This document shows positions 12,700 through 24,399 of a stretch of 64,000 nucleotides of DNA, piece after piece. Every line of letters begins with the position of its first letter. Within the stretch, counting starts at the first letter, position 1. Source of the DNA: Camelus ferus. Taxonomy: Eukaryota. The notes beneath the pieces are model-generated. The model was not told the DNA's origin. It worked only from the letters and a program-made list of their open reading frames with translations, and ran no database searches. The DNA lies in contig NC_045697.1 of the NCBI RefSeq assembly GCF_009834535.1, positions 101,682,001-101,746,000 on the forward strand, written 5' to 3'. Position numbers and translations under genes: made by a program.

Positions 12700-13680
12700 A
12701 AATAAAAATCAGATATTCCTATTCCCAAACATAATTTGTTAAGCTTTGCATGCATTATTCCAGACCTGTTTTTTGTATAGTGATAAGATTTATCTGGTAC
12801 AAAAACACTATTTTTTTAAAATATATTTATAAAGACTCTTGTTTATATATTCTTTTCCAGCCACTTTTATCTTTTAATGATTTGTGTTGGAAATAGTCCC
12901 ATGTTAGGACAATGACAGAACTGTTACTCTGAGTAAACAGGTGTATCATAATTTATTTAACCATACTCCTATTGATGACTGTTGGGTTATTTTGCTCATA
13001 ATTAACAGCAGTCTGCCCAAATGCAGATATAGAGGATATTCTTTGAATACGGTGTGCCAAATTGCTCTCCAGAAAGGCTGTAGCATTTGTACTTGCATAC
13101 TAATTCATGAGGGTACCTATGACCCCATACCTTTGGCAGTACTTGGTATAATCAGTCTTTAAAATTTTTTCCAGTCTTGGGGGAAATATCTTTTTGTTTT
13201 AATTTGCATATTGCTGAACATTACAGTTTTCTCCCTCTCTAATTTTCTTTGTTCATTTGTGTTTCTTTTCTAAATAATCTATTCTTTGTGCACCTTTCTC
13301 TTGGGTCCTTTTCTTTTTCATACTGATTTATATATACTCTGGATGATAATCCCTTGTACCATGCTTTCTTCCAGTCAGTGCGATTCAGATTCGTAGAGGG
13401 CTTCATTTGCAATTTTTTATTTTATGCAGTCAAATCTGCTATTTATCATTTATAGTATCTGAATTTTTAGGAGACATTCCTCCTCTAAATCCTCCCCCCC
13501 CCTCTTTTTTTTCTTTTAAATACTTCAGTAGCTTTGTATTTTACATTTAGCTCATTATTCCTCTGTGGCATTTGTGACAGTGTAAAATCTTATCCAATTC
13601 CATTTTTTTTCCAGATGGATACCCAATTGTTCCTATACTGTCTTTTGAATAGTTTGTCCTTTTCCCATCCGGCACTAGTA
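12700..13680 (-). mobile_element. Old L1M(E)-type fragment
   Basis: Degenerate antisense L1 motifs tgccaaattgctctccagaaagg, ttttaatttgcat and cagatggatacccaattgttcc. Boundaries are approximate. Confidence 0.65.
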
Positions 13681-14067
13681 CCACACTCCTTCAATCACTT
13701 AACTTCAGAGTTTCAATTTCAGTATATTTTTTTATTTCATGCATATTTGAAAGAATTTAAAAGTTGTTTACTTAAGTTACCCATTAATAGCCTAATCTAT
13801 TTCTATTTGCTAATCGGGAAGATAGAAATAATATGTGACAGCACGTGGCCATTGCCAGGCCGCATAGGAAGTGTTCATTTACCTTTATTCTCCTTCCCCT
13901 TCTTCACTACATTGTGGGCAGTAACTTTGCCAGGTAAAGGGCCTACAGGTGAGTGAAATTTTACCTTGAAGATAATAAGTCCTTGAACTAACTTCTATTT
14001 AGCTTTTAAAAAATGTGTGTGTGTGTACACATGTATAGAAAAGTCATTATATTTTATTTTCTTTCAG

Positions 14068-14161
14068 TTTCAGGAGACAAGTATTATCTTTAAATCTAAA
14101 TGGGTGCAATTCATTAATGAAAAAGTTACAGCATCTTTTTGCCTTTTTGGCTCATACACAG
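14068..14161 (+). CDS. USP38: USP38 coding exon (94 nt)
   Basis: Borders are ttctttcag|T TTC AGG ... ACA CAG|gtgagt. Encodes (D)FRRQVLSLNLNGCNSLMKKLQHLFAFLAHTQ and completes the phase-2 codon of the previous exon. Confidence 0.95.
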
Positions 14162-15234
14162 GTGAGTGTTAGAGTGTGTAGTATGTATATATTAACTGCA
14201 TTGATAATCTTCTTTAAACTTCCCAGTATACCAAACTTGGTGAACCTTTTTAATTGATGAAATAATACATATATCTCCCAGCACAACAGATCCACTTAGA
14301 AATCTCAAGAGATACTGCCTAAAATCAGGATATGCCCTAAGTTTTTATTTCTGCTTTCTGCTTTTCATTCTTGTAGATAAATATTTTGCTGATCCATTAT
14401 TCTAATTATTATAGCTAAAATTTGATTTTTATTCAATAAGTAAGTTCCTCCATGAAGAAATCTTTTATAATGCATCTTTAATATTAATTTTATAGATACT
14501 AATTGATAGATTTTTCACAGTAATGAACAGTTAAAAATGAACAATTAAAATAATTTTGTGGCACCTTGGCTTCTTTTTTCTCCCGTTGCTAATATATGTA
14601 TATACCGTTTCATCATAACTAAACTTTTAAGCTCTAGATCTAAAAATTTTGTGTTGCTCTTTTATGTCCACATGTTAATCCAACGAAATGAGTTTATGCT
14701 AATGGCAAGAAAGTCACATATAGTAAATTCATCCAGCAGACATTTATTTAGAGACACAATATGCAATCTGATAAGCATTCAAAAAGGAATCCTTATGCTC
14801 AAAGAACTTTAAGTTTTCAGTAATACATATGAATAATATATACCATTTATAAGTATTAAATACTACCTTCTGATTTTACTTTGATTGTCTTAGTTTCACA
14901 GAGTCTAAAAGAGTAGGTAGTTGCAGCCAGAAGAGAAGATAGGTCCAGAGTTGGTGGAATTGAATTGATAGGAATGCTTTGTTTCCTATCTACAAACTGA
15001 GAAATATCTCAAGTATACCTTCTTAAATGGAAAAAATCAAGACAGGATTGACCTATGAGATGATAATGATGGCCTATGAGATACTAAATATCATTTTATT
15101 ATTCTCTATCTGGGGGAAATATGTTCACAAAATTTAACATCTCAGGACCAAGGAAGACAAAATCTCTTCCCTCCAGCTCCCAAACATTGTTTTCTAATGA
15201 ATGGACCTATTCACTTGCTATATCACTATATATA

Positions 15235-15515
15235 GAGTTGGCCTTTGAAAAACACATGTTTGAGCTGTGAGGGTCCATGGATTTTTTTTTTTTTTAATAT
15301 TTTTACTGAAGTATAGTCAGTTTACAATGTTGTGTCAATCATGGATTGTTTTCAGTAAAGATGTACTGTAGTACTACACAGTCCATGGTTGGTTGAATCC
15401 ACAGATGCGGAACCACGGATATGGAGGGCTTGTTGTAAAGTTAGACACAAGTTTTTGACTAAGCAGAGGGCCAGTACACCTAACCCTAACCCCCGTGTTG
15501 TTCAGTGGTCAGCTA
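15235..15515. mobile_element. Tigger2a-type (TcMar) non-autonomous DNA transposon
   Basis: Degenerate terminal inverted repeats gagttggcctttgaaaaacac / gtgttgttcagtggtcagcta flanked by TA. Internal motif ggttggttgaatccacagatgcggaacc. Confidence 0.8.
15284..15339 (-). mobile_element. Very short L1 3'-end insertion nested in Tigger2a
   Basis: Poly(T) followed by ctgaagtatagtcagtttacaatgttgtgtcaat. TSD catggatt at 15276-15283 and 15340-15347. Confidence 0.8.
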
Positions 15516-15789
15516 TATAATATGTATGTATATCTATGTGTATACATGTAGCTATAAATACATTATATATACTATATTATTTACTAAATCAGGGCTATTA
15601 GGGAAAAAACCTTAGGAGCTTCCATACTCTCAACAAAAGAAAAAGTTATTAAGAAGTGACCCTAATTAAAATTTTGTTACAGTCAAGACCTGGCCATAGC
15701 AGGCCAACAAGGATTGTTTTAGTACATAGATTTTCCCTATATAATTTTAAAGGTTTTTCTTTTTATAATTAACAAAGCTAACATTTTTT

Positions 15790-16000
15790 TAGCATTTAAA
15801 TTTGGCTCCTGTGCTAAGTGGTTTACATATATTATCTCTTAATCCTCAGACTCAATCTATAAGGTAATACGATAGTATCCCCATTTTACAGGTGAAGAAA
15901 CAGTGCTTACATTACCTGCTTTCAAGGTCATGCAAATAAGTGGCAAGACTGGAATATGAACCAAATGATTCTGGAACCCATGTTCAGCCAGTACACTAAA
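15790..16000 (-). mobile_element. MIR
   Basis: MIR core tatccccattttacaggtgaagaaacag. Confidence 0.7.
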
Positions 16001-16479
16001 CTCCTTTCCTTCAAAATGCCATAAATACTCCTATCTTGATAAAAATTTTCCTTAACTTAGAGCTCTGCTATGTACCACAAATATTCAAAATGTCAAGAGA
16101 ATTCTAAATTTTCAAGTTACAATCATAATTTTTCAGATGTCTTTTCAGTTCTTTTTTGTTTGTTTTTGCCATGTCAAAATCTAGGATTTGAACCTAGCTT
16201 GCTCCAAATCCATCACATCACTTCACTAAACTGCCTCTTTACGAAAAAAAATAAAATAAAATGAGCAAGATCCCTAACCCCCAGTGTGTTCATATTCTGT
16301 ATATTTATGACATGTGTACCCAGCCAAGAAAATTTTCACCTAAAATAGGTATGCATATTCTGTGGAGTATGCCCCTTATTACTTTATCCAAAACATATAT
16401 TCAGTCGCATGTCTTTTTCAGATTTTATGTTTTTAAAAATTGTGGAATCAAGCACATGACTGTCAGAGGGATAACGCCA

Positions 16480-16640
16480 GGGGCATTGTATTAAGTTAGA
16501 GATACCTGGGTTCCGATATCATCCCCTCTGCTGCTAATTTAGCTGTGTGACCTTGGGCAAGTCACATAGTTTCTCTGGATCTTAATTCTCATCTGCAAAA
16601 TGAGAAGGTATGACTGAAAGTTACCTAAATTTATTTCTAG
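16480..16640 (+). mobile_element. MIR/MIR3
   Basis: MIR core tagctgtgtgaccttgggcaagtcac...ctcatctgcaaaatgag. Confidence 0.75.
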
Positions 16641-16793
16641 CTAATTTTATGTGTCCCTATGTTTGGCACTTTGTAGTAAAGGTTAAGCCAGTGTAATTTT
16701 AGTAATCTTGATTAAGCTATATGTTAAGATTTCAGTTATTTGGTTCATAGTGTGAGAATCACTCTCTTGTTTTGTCTCTACTGATACCAAAAG

Positions 16794-16900
16794 AGAGAAG
16801 CATATGCACCTCGGATATTCTTTGAGGCTTCCAGACCTCCATGGTTTACCCCCAGATCACAGCAAGACTGTTCTGAATACCTCAGGTTTCTACTAGACAG
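16794..16900 (+). CDS. USP38: USP38 coding exon (107 nt) with the QQD motif
   Basis: Borders are ccaaaag|AGA GAA GCA ... GAC AG|gtaaaa. Encodes REAYAPRIFFEASRPPWFTPRSQQDCSEYLRFLLD(R). Confidence 0.93.
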
Positions 16901-17087
16901 GTAAAAAGTATTTCTAAAGCTGTGATTTGAATTGTGTTCTTTCATAACAGATTATTTTTACAGAACATTGTTTTTACCTGTAAAAACGTATTTCAGATGT
17001 CAATCTTTAAAATGCCTTGCATTTATTATATTTTTTAATTGTTCTCATTTTTAATTTGTTTTTTTTTTAAATCTTCTTACTTTAGAC

Positions 17088-17547
17088 CAGCTGTTCTCAA
17101 TGTGTGGGACAAGGACCCCTGGGGAGTTCCCAAAACACTTTCCTGGGTCTTCCCATTTCCAGCTCATATCTGTGCATATATGTAGTTGAGGCCAGGTTTT
17201 CTTCATATACTTCATCCAGAATGGTGTATGACAGTAGACTGAATGCAGAGCAGATAGGAAGATCCAGCTGTCTTCTATTAAGCTAGAGACTTGAAATAAT
17301 TGCAAAATGTGAAACAGTGCCATTCTTCTCACTAATTTTTTTGGTTTTAGAAAATATAACTTTTTCATTTTAAAAATGTTTATTTCTATTAACATGTAAT
17401 TAGTTTATTATTGTTTTCAAATCTTTTATTTTACTATTTTTATTCTCAATTTTTGAATACAGTAAATATTGATAGATATAACCACATAAATGAAACCATA
17501 CTTATTTTTTATAAAGGCGTCCTGAGACAAAAAATTAAATACCTGCT
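17088..17547. mobile_element. Charlie1-type hAT DNA transposon derivative
   Basis: Begins cagctgttctcaatgtgtgg and contains gactgaatgcagagcagatagg..atccagctgtcttctattaagc. 8-bp TSD c(t/c)ttagac on both sides. Confidence 0.8.
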
Positions 17548-17949
17548 CCTTAGACCAGTTCCTAATTGAGTGGATTTGGTAAATTTTACTGTCTTCTTAC
17601 CACATAGTTAATAAGAAGAGCTACTATCTTCCTATATTGCCTTCCTTCTGTTCTGTGAATGGCTAGTTGAGCTCAACACGTGCAACCTTCCTTCCATTCA
17701 GCAAGGATATGTTGAATGATTTCTTTCTGCCAGGATTTCTATGACATGCCAGGCAGACAAAGATATATAAGACAGTTAATTGACATATAGAGTTGACTAT
17801 AATAAGTGCTATAAAACAGCAGTATGAAGAAAGTGTAATGAGAATATCGGGTAGTAACAGTCCCTAACGTCTTGTCTGATCTACATTCTCAAACTGTTCA
17901 ATGTTCCTCTTGTTTAAAGGAAGAAAAACTTAAATATTTTATTTTTTCA

Positions 17950-18160
17950 TTTGGTTTTTTTATTTTTTTTTTAAACTGAAGTACAGTCAGTTACAGTGTG
18001 TCAATTTCTGGTGTACAGCACAATGTCCTAGTCATGCATATACATACATAGATTCGTTTTCATATTTATTAAAGGTTATTACAAGATATTGAACATAGTT
18101 CCCTGTGCTATACAGAAGAAACTTTTTAAATCTATTTTTACATATATTGGCTAACATTTT
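17950..18160 (-). mobile_element. L1 3'-end fragment
   Basis: Poly(T), then ctgaagtacagtcagttac and atagttccctgtgctatacag. Ends ~120 nt before the acceptor of the large exon. Confidence 0.8.
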
Positions 18161-18281
18161 AAATTAAGCAAGATATTTGATAAAAATAATTTGGCTACTT
18201 ATGTAAGCCACTAATGTTTTTAAACGGAAATGACATTTAAACTTAGGTGAAGAAGCTCTATAATGATATACTCTCCTGCAG

Positions 18282-19641
18282 GCTCCATGAAGAAGAAAAG
18301 ATCTTGAAAGTTCAGTCCTCACACAAGCTGTCCGAAAGTATGGGGTACAATGAAACTTCTTTACAAGAAGTAGCCAGTAAGGCAGCTGTACTAACAGAGA
18401 CCCCTTGCACAAGTGATGGTGAGAAGACATTAATCGAAAAAATGTTTGGAGGAAAACTACGAACTCACATATGTTGTCTGAACTGCAGGAGTACCTCACA
18501 AAAAGTGGAAGCCTTTACGGATCTTTCACTTGCCTTTTGTCCTTCCTCTTCTGTGGAAAACTTGTCTTTTCAAGATCCAGCATCATTACCCAGTACACAG
18601 GATGGTGGTCTAATGCAAGCCAGTGTACCTGGTCCTTCAAAAGAACCAGGAGTCTGTAATCCAGCAACAGCTGCCTTTGTCTGTGACTCAGCTGTGAATG
18701 AAAGAATGGTGGACAGTTCCGATGAGTTTCGCTGTACTGAAGACACTTCTGTCCCTAATGACTCTAGCAAGATTCTTGTTAATAAGGATGTACCTCAGAA
18801 ACCAGGAGGTGAAATCACACCTTCAGTAACTGACTTACTACATTATTTTTTGGCTCCAGAGATTCTTACTGGTGACAACCAATATTATTGTGAAAACTGT
18901 GCCTCTCTGCAGAATGCCGAGAAAACTATGCAAATTACGGAGGAACCTGAATACCTAATTCTTACTCTCCTAAGATTTTCATATGATCAGAAGTATCATG
19001 TGAGAAGAAAAATTCTAGACAATGTGTCACTGCCACTGGTTTTGGAGTTGCCAGTTAAAAGAACTACTTCTTTCTCTTCATTGTCAGAAAGTTGGTCTCT
19101 AGATGTTGACTTCACTGATATTAGTGAGAATCTAGCTAAAAAATTAAAGCCTTCTGGGACTGAAGAAGCTTGCTGCCCAAAATTGGTGCCCTATCTATTA
19201 AGTTCTGTTGTCGTTCACTCTGGTGTATCCTCTGAAAGCGGGCATTACTACTCTTATGCCAGAAACATCACAGGTACAGAGTCCTCATACCAGATGTGCC
19301 ACCAGCCCGAAACTCTGGCGTTAGCCTCCTCCCAGAGTCATTTACTAGGGAGGGATAGTCCCAGTGCAGTGATTGAACAGGATTTGGAAAATAAGGAGAT
19401 ATCAAAAGAATGGTTTTTATTTAATGACAGCAGAGTGACGTTTACTTCATTTCAGTCAGTCCAGAAAATCACGAGTAGATTTCCAAAGGACACAGCCTAT
19501 GTGCTTTTGTATAAAAAACAGAACAGCACTAATGGTTTAAGTGGTAATAATTCAACCAGTGGACTCTGGGTAAATGGAGACCCACCTCTCCAGAAAGAAC
19601 TAATGGATGCCATAACAAAAGACAATAAGCTGTATTTACAG
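18282..19641 (+). CDS. USP38: USP38 large coding exon (1360 nt) with His box, Asp motif and Zn-ribbon cysteines
   Basis: Borders are ctcctgcag|G CTC CAT GAA ... TTA CAG|gtaagt, inside the 467-aa ORF 18247..19650. Contains CLNC and YYCENC pairs, SSVVVHSGVSSESGHYYSYAR (His box) and WFLFNDSRV. Confidence 0.97.
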
Positions 19642-21190
19642 GTAAGTTGAAAATAGAAGCTTCATCATTTGTGGAAAATATTTAAACAGTTGACAGGTGG
19701 TTAAATGAGTGCCCTTCATTTTGAAATCCAACTTCTACATTTTCAAGGTGATAATTTTGAATTTTGAATCTGGGCTTATATGAAATGGGTTCAACCTGTG
19801 GAACTAAATTTTCTTTCTAATGTTAGGAATTAGTTATGAAAAGTAGCAATTAGATGCAGTATAGCAGACATTCTTTGTTTTTAATTACAAAAGATGAGAT
19901 CATTGTAAAAATCATTCCATACAGAAACACTGAAAGTTTAATAAAATGGAAGTATTTTCTTCTTCTCTTCAGTCCCATCTGCCAGGGGAAACAACTGCCA
20001 AATTTGGCATTTATTCCTTCTAGATATTTGTATAAATACTGTAAGAACTATTTCTTGACAGTCAGGTGGGTAACATAAAGGACACTAAAGATAGGATATT
20101 TTTATTCTTTAAGGATCTGATCAGTAAAACCAAGGCTATAAAAGAACAATTAATAATAAAAATCATGGATAAAAGGTTTCATATGAACTAAATTTACTTA
20201 TAAATGTAATTTTCACAAAGAGTTACTGATTTTTCTTACTTTAAAATTAATAAAGACCTTGCTGAAAATATTTTTCTTTGAAACCTGCCAACTTGCTATC
20301 AACATAAAAGACAGGCAGTAAATTGAAGTTGAAGTTGTAGGTGTAGTAATTAGGTGTTACAAATGATTTTATGATTTTAAGTTTCTAAAAATTTTGTGTT
20401 TGAAAGTCACAAAACTCCTAAAAGATATAGAATAAGAGAAGAAATGGTACTGATTTTCAGAGGGAAGTTTATTCAAAAGTTTTCACATTTACTGTACTGT
20501 AAAATAAGTAATGATACATGATACATTTTACAGGAAAAAATCAGAAACACAGAATATTTGTTAGAATTATTCGCTAGCAAAGATTCTAACATCCAGTCAG
20601 AAGGTTTATGATCAAGGTAATAGACTATATTCAACCATGTCCTTCTTGCTAGATATCAAATGATATTGCACTTGATAAGAATCATCATGATTCTTGAAGA
20701 CTGGAGAGTGAAGGTAAGAGGGTTAGATTGAAATAGAAATTTTCTAATATGTAAAATATAAAAATAAGACTCAGTGCAATCTTGACTTTTGGAAACATGC
20801 AGAAACTCCTCAGATTTCTGTGACTGGAATGCCAAAAGCTCTTACAACCATAACAACTACTTGTATTGCAGCCTAGCTCTAAATGATTTTCTCTGTCTTG
20901 CCATTTACCCCATTACATCCTGATTTTACAGTGTTTATGTGTGATGAGCCATTCTTTTCATTATTGTTTTAAGACCCTTCTCTCACTGTAAAGGAGAACT
21001 ATTATATACTTTGTTAATTCAGTTTCTCAGTGTTGTGCAGTAGTTTTAAGTTGCATCTTAAGTCTCAGATTGGCCATTTGTTTAATGCGAAAAAGATAAT
21101 GCTAAATTTTACTTTAAGGTATTTACTTGCCTATATTAAGACAGGCTGTTAAAGCTTCATTATCAAAGTGCCTTTTTAAAGCAAATTATA

Positions 21191-21348
21191 CAGGGAGGGT
21201 GTAGCTCAATTGGTAGAGAGCACACTTAGCATGCATGAGATCATGGGTTCAATCCCCAGTACCTCCTCTAAAAATAAATAAGTAAAACTACCTCCCCTCA
21301 ACAAAAAAAATTTTTTAATTAAAAGATACAAAGTTTATTTAAGAAAAA
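21191..21348 (+). mobile_element. tRNA-Ala-derived SINE
   Basis: gggagggtgtagctcaattggtagag...cttagcatgcatgag...gggttcaatccccagtacctcc. Perfect 14-bp TSD taaagcaaattata at 21177-21190 and 21349-21362. Confidence 0.9.
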
Positions 21349-24237
21349 TAAAGCAAATTATAATAATACTCTTGATTAGAAATTTAAATATAGTTAGACT
21401 GTATTATTCATTTTTAAATACAACAATGTAATTGATACAGTTTGAATTATGATGTAAACACATAAAACAGTTGTAGAAAACTTAAATCTTAGTAAAAGGA
21501 AGGGTGTGGAGTTAAGTCACAACTAGATTTACAGAAGTTAGAAACTCTTGCTCTTTCTAGTGTTGGCAGGATTGGTGGTTTTGAAATGCCTGGGCAAAAA
21601 ATCCTGTCTGACAAACCATTTTCTACTGTGTCGTATGCTGACACATAGGAGACCAATGTAAATTGTGGATCTTGAAGTAAATTTTGGAAAAGGCTTGTCT
21701 TTTCATATATTTCTCTCCTCTCAGTCCAACTTCCATTAGGAGTATCTCCGTTATTTTAGAGTCTGGACTGCAAAAATCATGCCTTTGGTTAGGATCCAGG
21801 GAGAGAAAGCTGTAAGTTGCACCACCATTGCACTGCGGAGATCATACCTAGCCCCGCCTGTCCCACACCAGCTGCAGGCAATTCTCCCCTTCCTTGTTGG
21901 GTTTCTTTGTTTCCTTGGAGGAGGTGGTAGTTTAATGTCTTAATATTTTGCTTTGTCATACATACAGAAGAGTATACATTATATCTGTGTAGTTTAAAGG
22001 GAAAAAATGGATTAATTTAATGTTAACAGATTTACTTGAATGAGAAATCTAAATATACTGAAAGGGTTTTGTCCCAAAGCAATAGTAACTCTTTTTTCTC
22101 ACTAGGTCAACTGTCCACTGCTGAAATAATTAACTTTCATACTTGATATAAAATTGGGATATAAATTACATATGCTATGAGACTCATAATTTGTGACATT
22201 TACATAATGTTCTCATCTATATTAAAAGAAATAAAATGAAAAGCCTACTTTTATCCAGTGTTTAAGCTTCTAAAAACAGAATTTCATACGTTTTTCTTGT
22301 TAGCCATGTATTTGTATAAGTAGATAAGAAAGCAGAAAGGAATATTACTTTCTTGGGATGCTCTGTCTTGAAATATAATATAGGTTTCAAGAGTCTCAGA
22401 AGCAATGGAGTTACTAACTCAATTTTTTTGTATTTTGTATCTCCTTCAACATATTCTGGCAGGAAATCACTTTTCAACAAAGTCCAGGCAAAATTCACCA
22501 TATCTTTTAGGAACAGAACTTCTTGAACTCCACCTTCCATATTCATTAAGTTTAATTTCATTCTTTAGGGAACATGTGCAAATCGTAAACCAGATATTAT
22601 TTCTTAGATACAGAGTCATATTTTCATTGATTGTTTAGCTGGTTTAATAGGTTATAGAGCAGAGGATTTTTGTTTCTTATTTTTGTGTCTATTTCCGAAA
22701 TAACTATGGTTTTTATTTTCTGTATGTTAAAAAAAAATCTATAGTTCTTACTTTAACTTTACAGACTGAAGAATAAATTAACATATCTCCTGGAAAATAT
22801 TGTGTCGTTAGCCACTATACAGAGAAGCCAGTTATAAATGTTGTAAATGATAGAGTAAATGGAAAAAATGTTTTTGAGAAATATCCTGCAAATTAAGTTT
22901 GAAAGCCTCTCTGAGGCCTGTCAGAGACTGGTTAATTAAGCCATTCTACTATGAGGATTTCTTATCTAAGGTCACAGTCAGCCATAAAAAAAATATGTGG
23001 TTCTTGATAATCTGTGTACTGGGAATCGCACAGCAGTCACTGTGTGCTACTGAGAAACAAGGTGTCCATAGTATGACAGATACATGTCAGGGTAAGCCTG
23101 GGGGGTTTTCTCCATAGTGAAAAACTGGACATCTCATGAAGGAGGTAGAATAGTCAACTAAGAAATTTTAGCTAGAAATTATAAAATAATAGTACTATGG
23201 CCCAGAGGAGCAAAGTAGTTAGGCTTTTAGTTGAAAAACTGGAAATCGTACGGTTTTTGTTATTCATGCTGAGTGTACTGTGAAGGTTCTTTAAGATGAT
23301 GACACCCAACCAGTTAAGGGTTGTGCTGTTACCTGGCTTGCAGGCCTTGCTCACATTGATGACCTCTTCAGAAAGTTATAGACTCTTTCCCAGAAAAAGG
23401 GGTCTGCCAGAATATTCTCCCTGTTCTTACAAGGAGTTTGTGCCAGTTGTAGAATCTAGTTCTTCACCTTGTCAAATGAATTTGCAGTTGATTTATTTAT
23501 GAGTAAATAAATATTCACATATACTCCTTTTGTAGCTAAGTACCTAGTAGTGTTCCAATCTGAGGTCATTAATACTCACTGAGCACCTAATATTTGTCTG
23601 ACACTGAGATGAATACGGTTCCTTATAAAAGTTCTAGTAATCTGGTAGGGAAAGCATTAAGTAATACTGTAAGGAGACAGGCTCCATTGTGCTTAGCAGT
23701 GTTTCTGATATCTTTTATTTACTGAGAAATATTCTGAGGAAAGGATAGAAAAAAATTCAGCCTTCTTTCAGTATTTATGCTTTTTACTGTAATCGCCCAC
23801 TCCCAAAATGGTCCCACTTGATGGGGAGTAGATAATCCACTGTCATGACCTTTGAATTCTCTGTTCTGTGTATTAGAAAAGAAATCCATTCCTGTATGTG
23901 TGGATGAGTGTTGCAAGAACTGTAATATTTCTGTAGAGAAATTTTAAGTATGGGGCTTCAGTTTCCTCTTCTATAAAGTGCAGTATTGAAACAACACGGC
24001 CTTTAGGATCTGTCATTCCGTAGAGTTACAACAGGATTTTGCTATCTTGTTTGCTCCATCTGTGGTTATATACTTTACTTTAGTAAGATTTGGTAAGGAT
24101 CAGTGTAATCAATATTTTTACAGTCACTGAGAGTTGAAGGATGTGTATTGAGGCAATTTTAAAATATTTATATAGGTGCTGTGTCCATCCATGTGTATTT
24201 AGAATTTTAATTTCATAAAAATTATTTTTAATTTTAG

Positions 24238-24399
24238 GAACAAGAGTTGAATGCTCGAGCCCGGGCCCTACAAGCTGCATCTGCCTCCTGTTCATTTCGA
24301 CCCAATGGATTTGATGACAATGATCCACCAGGAAGCTGCGGACCAACTGGTGGTGGGGGTGGAGGAGGATTTAATACTGTTGGCAGACTCGTATTTTGA
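24238..24399 (+). CDS. USP38: USP38 terminal coding exon up to the stop codon
   Basis: Starts at attttag|GAA CAA GAG and ends GTA TTT TGA. Encodes EQELNARARALQAASASCSFRPNGFDDNDPPGSCGPTGGGGGGGFNTVGRLVF*. Confidence 0.95.
   Translation, partial: EQELNARARALQAASASCSFRPNGFDDNDPPGSCGPTGGGGGGGFNTVGRLVF

Noticed and set aside
13534..13956. 140-aa ORF
   Set aside because: It has T-rich low-complexity composition, overlaps an old L1 fragment, and has no recognisable domain. Only the splice-like signals at its end were kept as a finding.
18247..19650. 467-aa ORF as a stand-alone gene
   Set aside because: It is one internal USP38 exon with a few intronic codons at each end. The Cys box is in an upstream exon.
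586..21348. Inverted SINE pairs forming dsRNA in the USP38 pre-mRNA
   Set aside because: Opposite-strand copies are ~20 kb apart, short and diverged.
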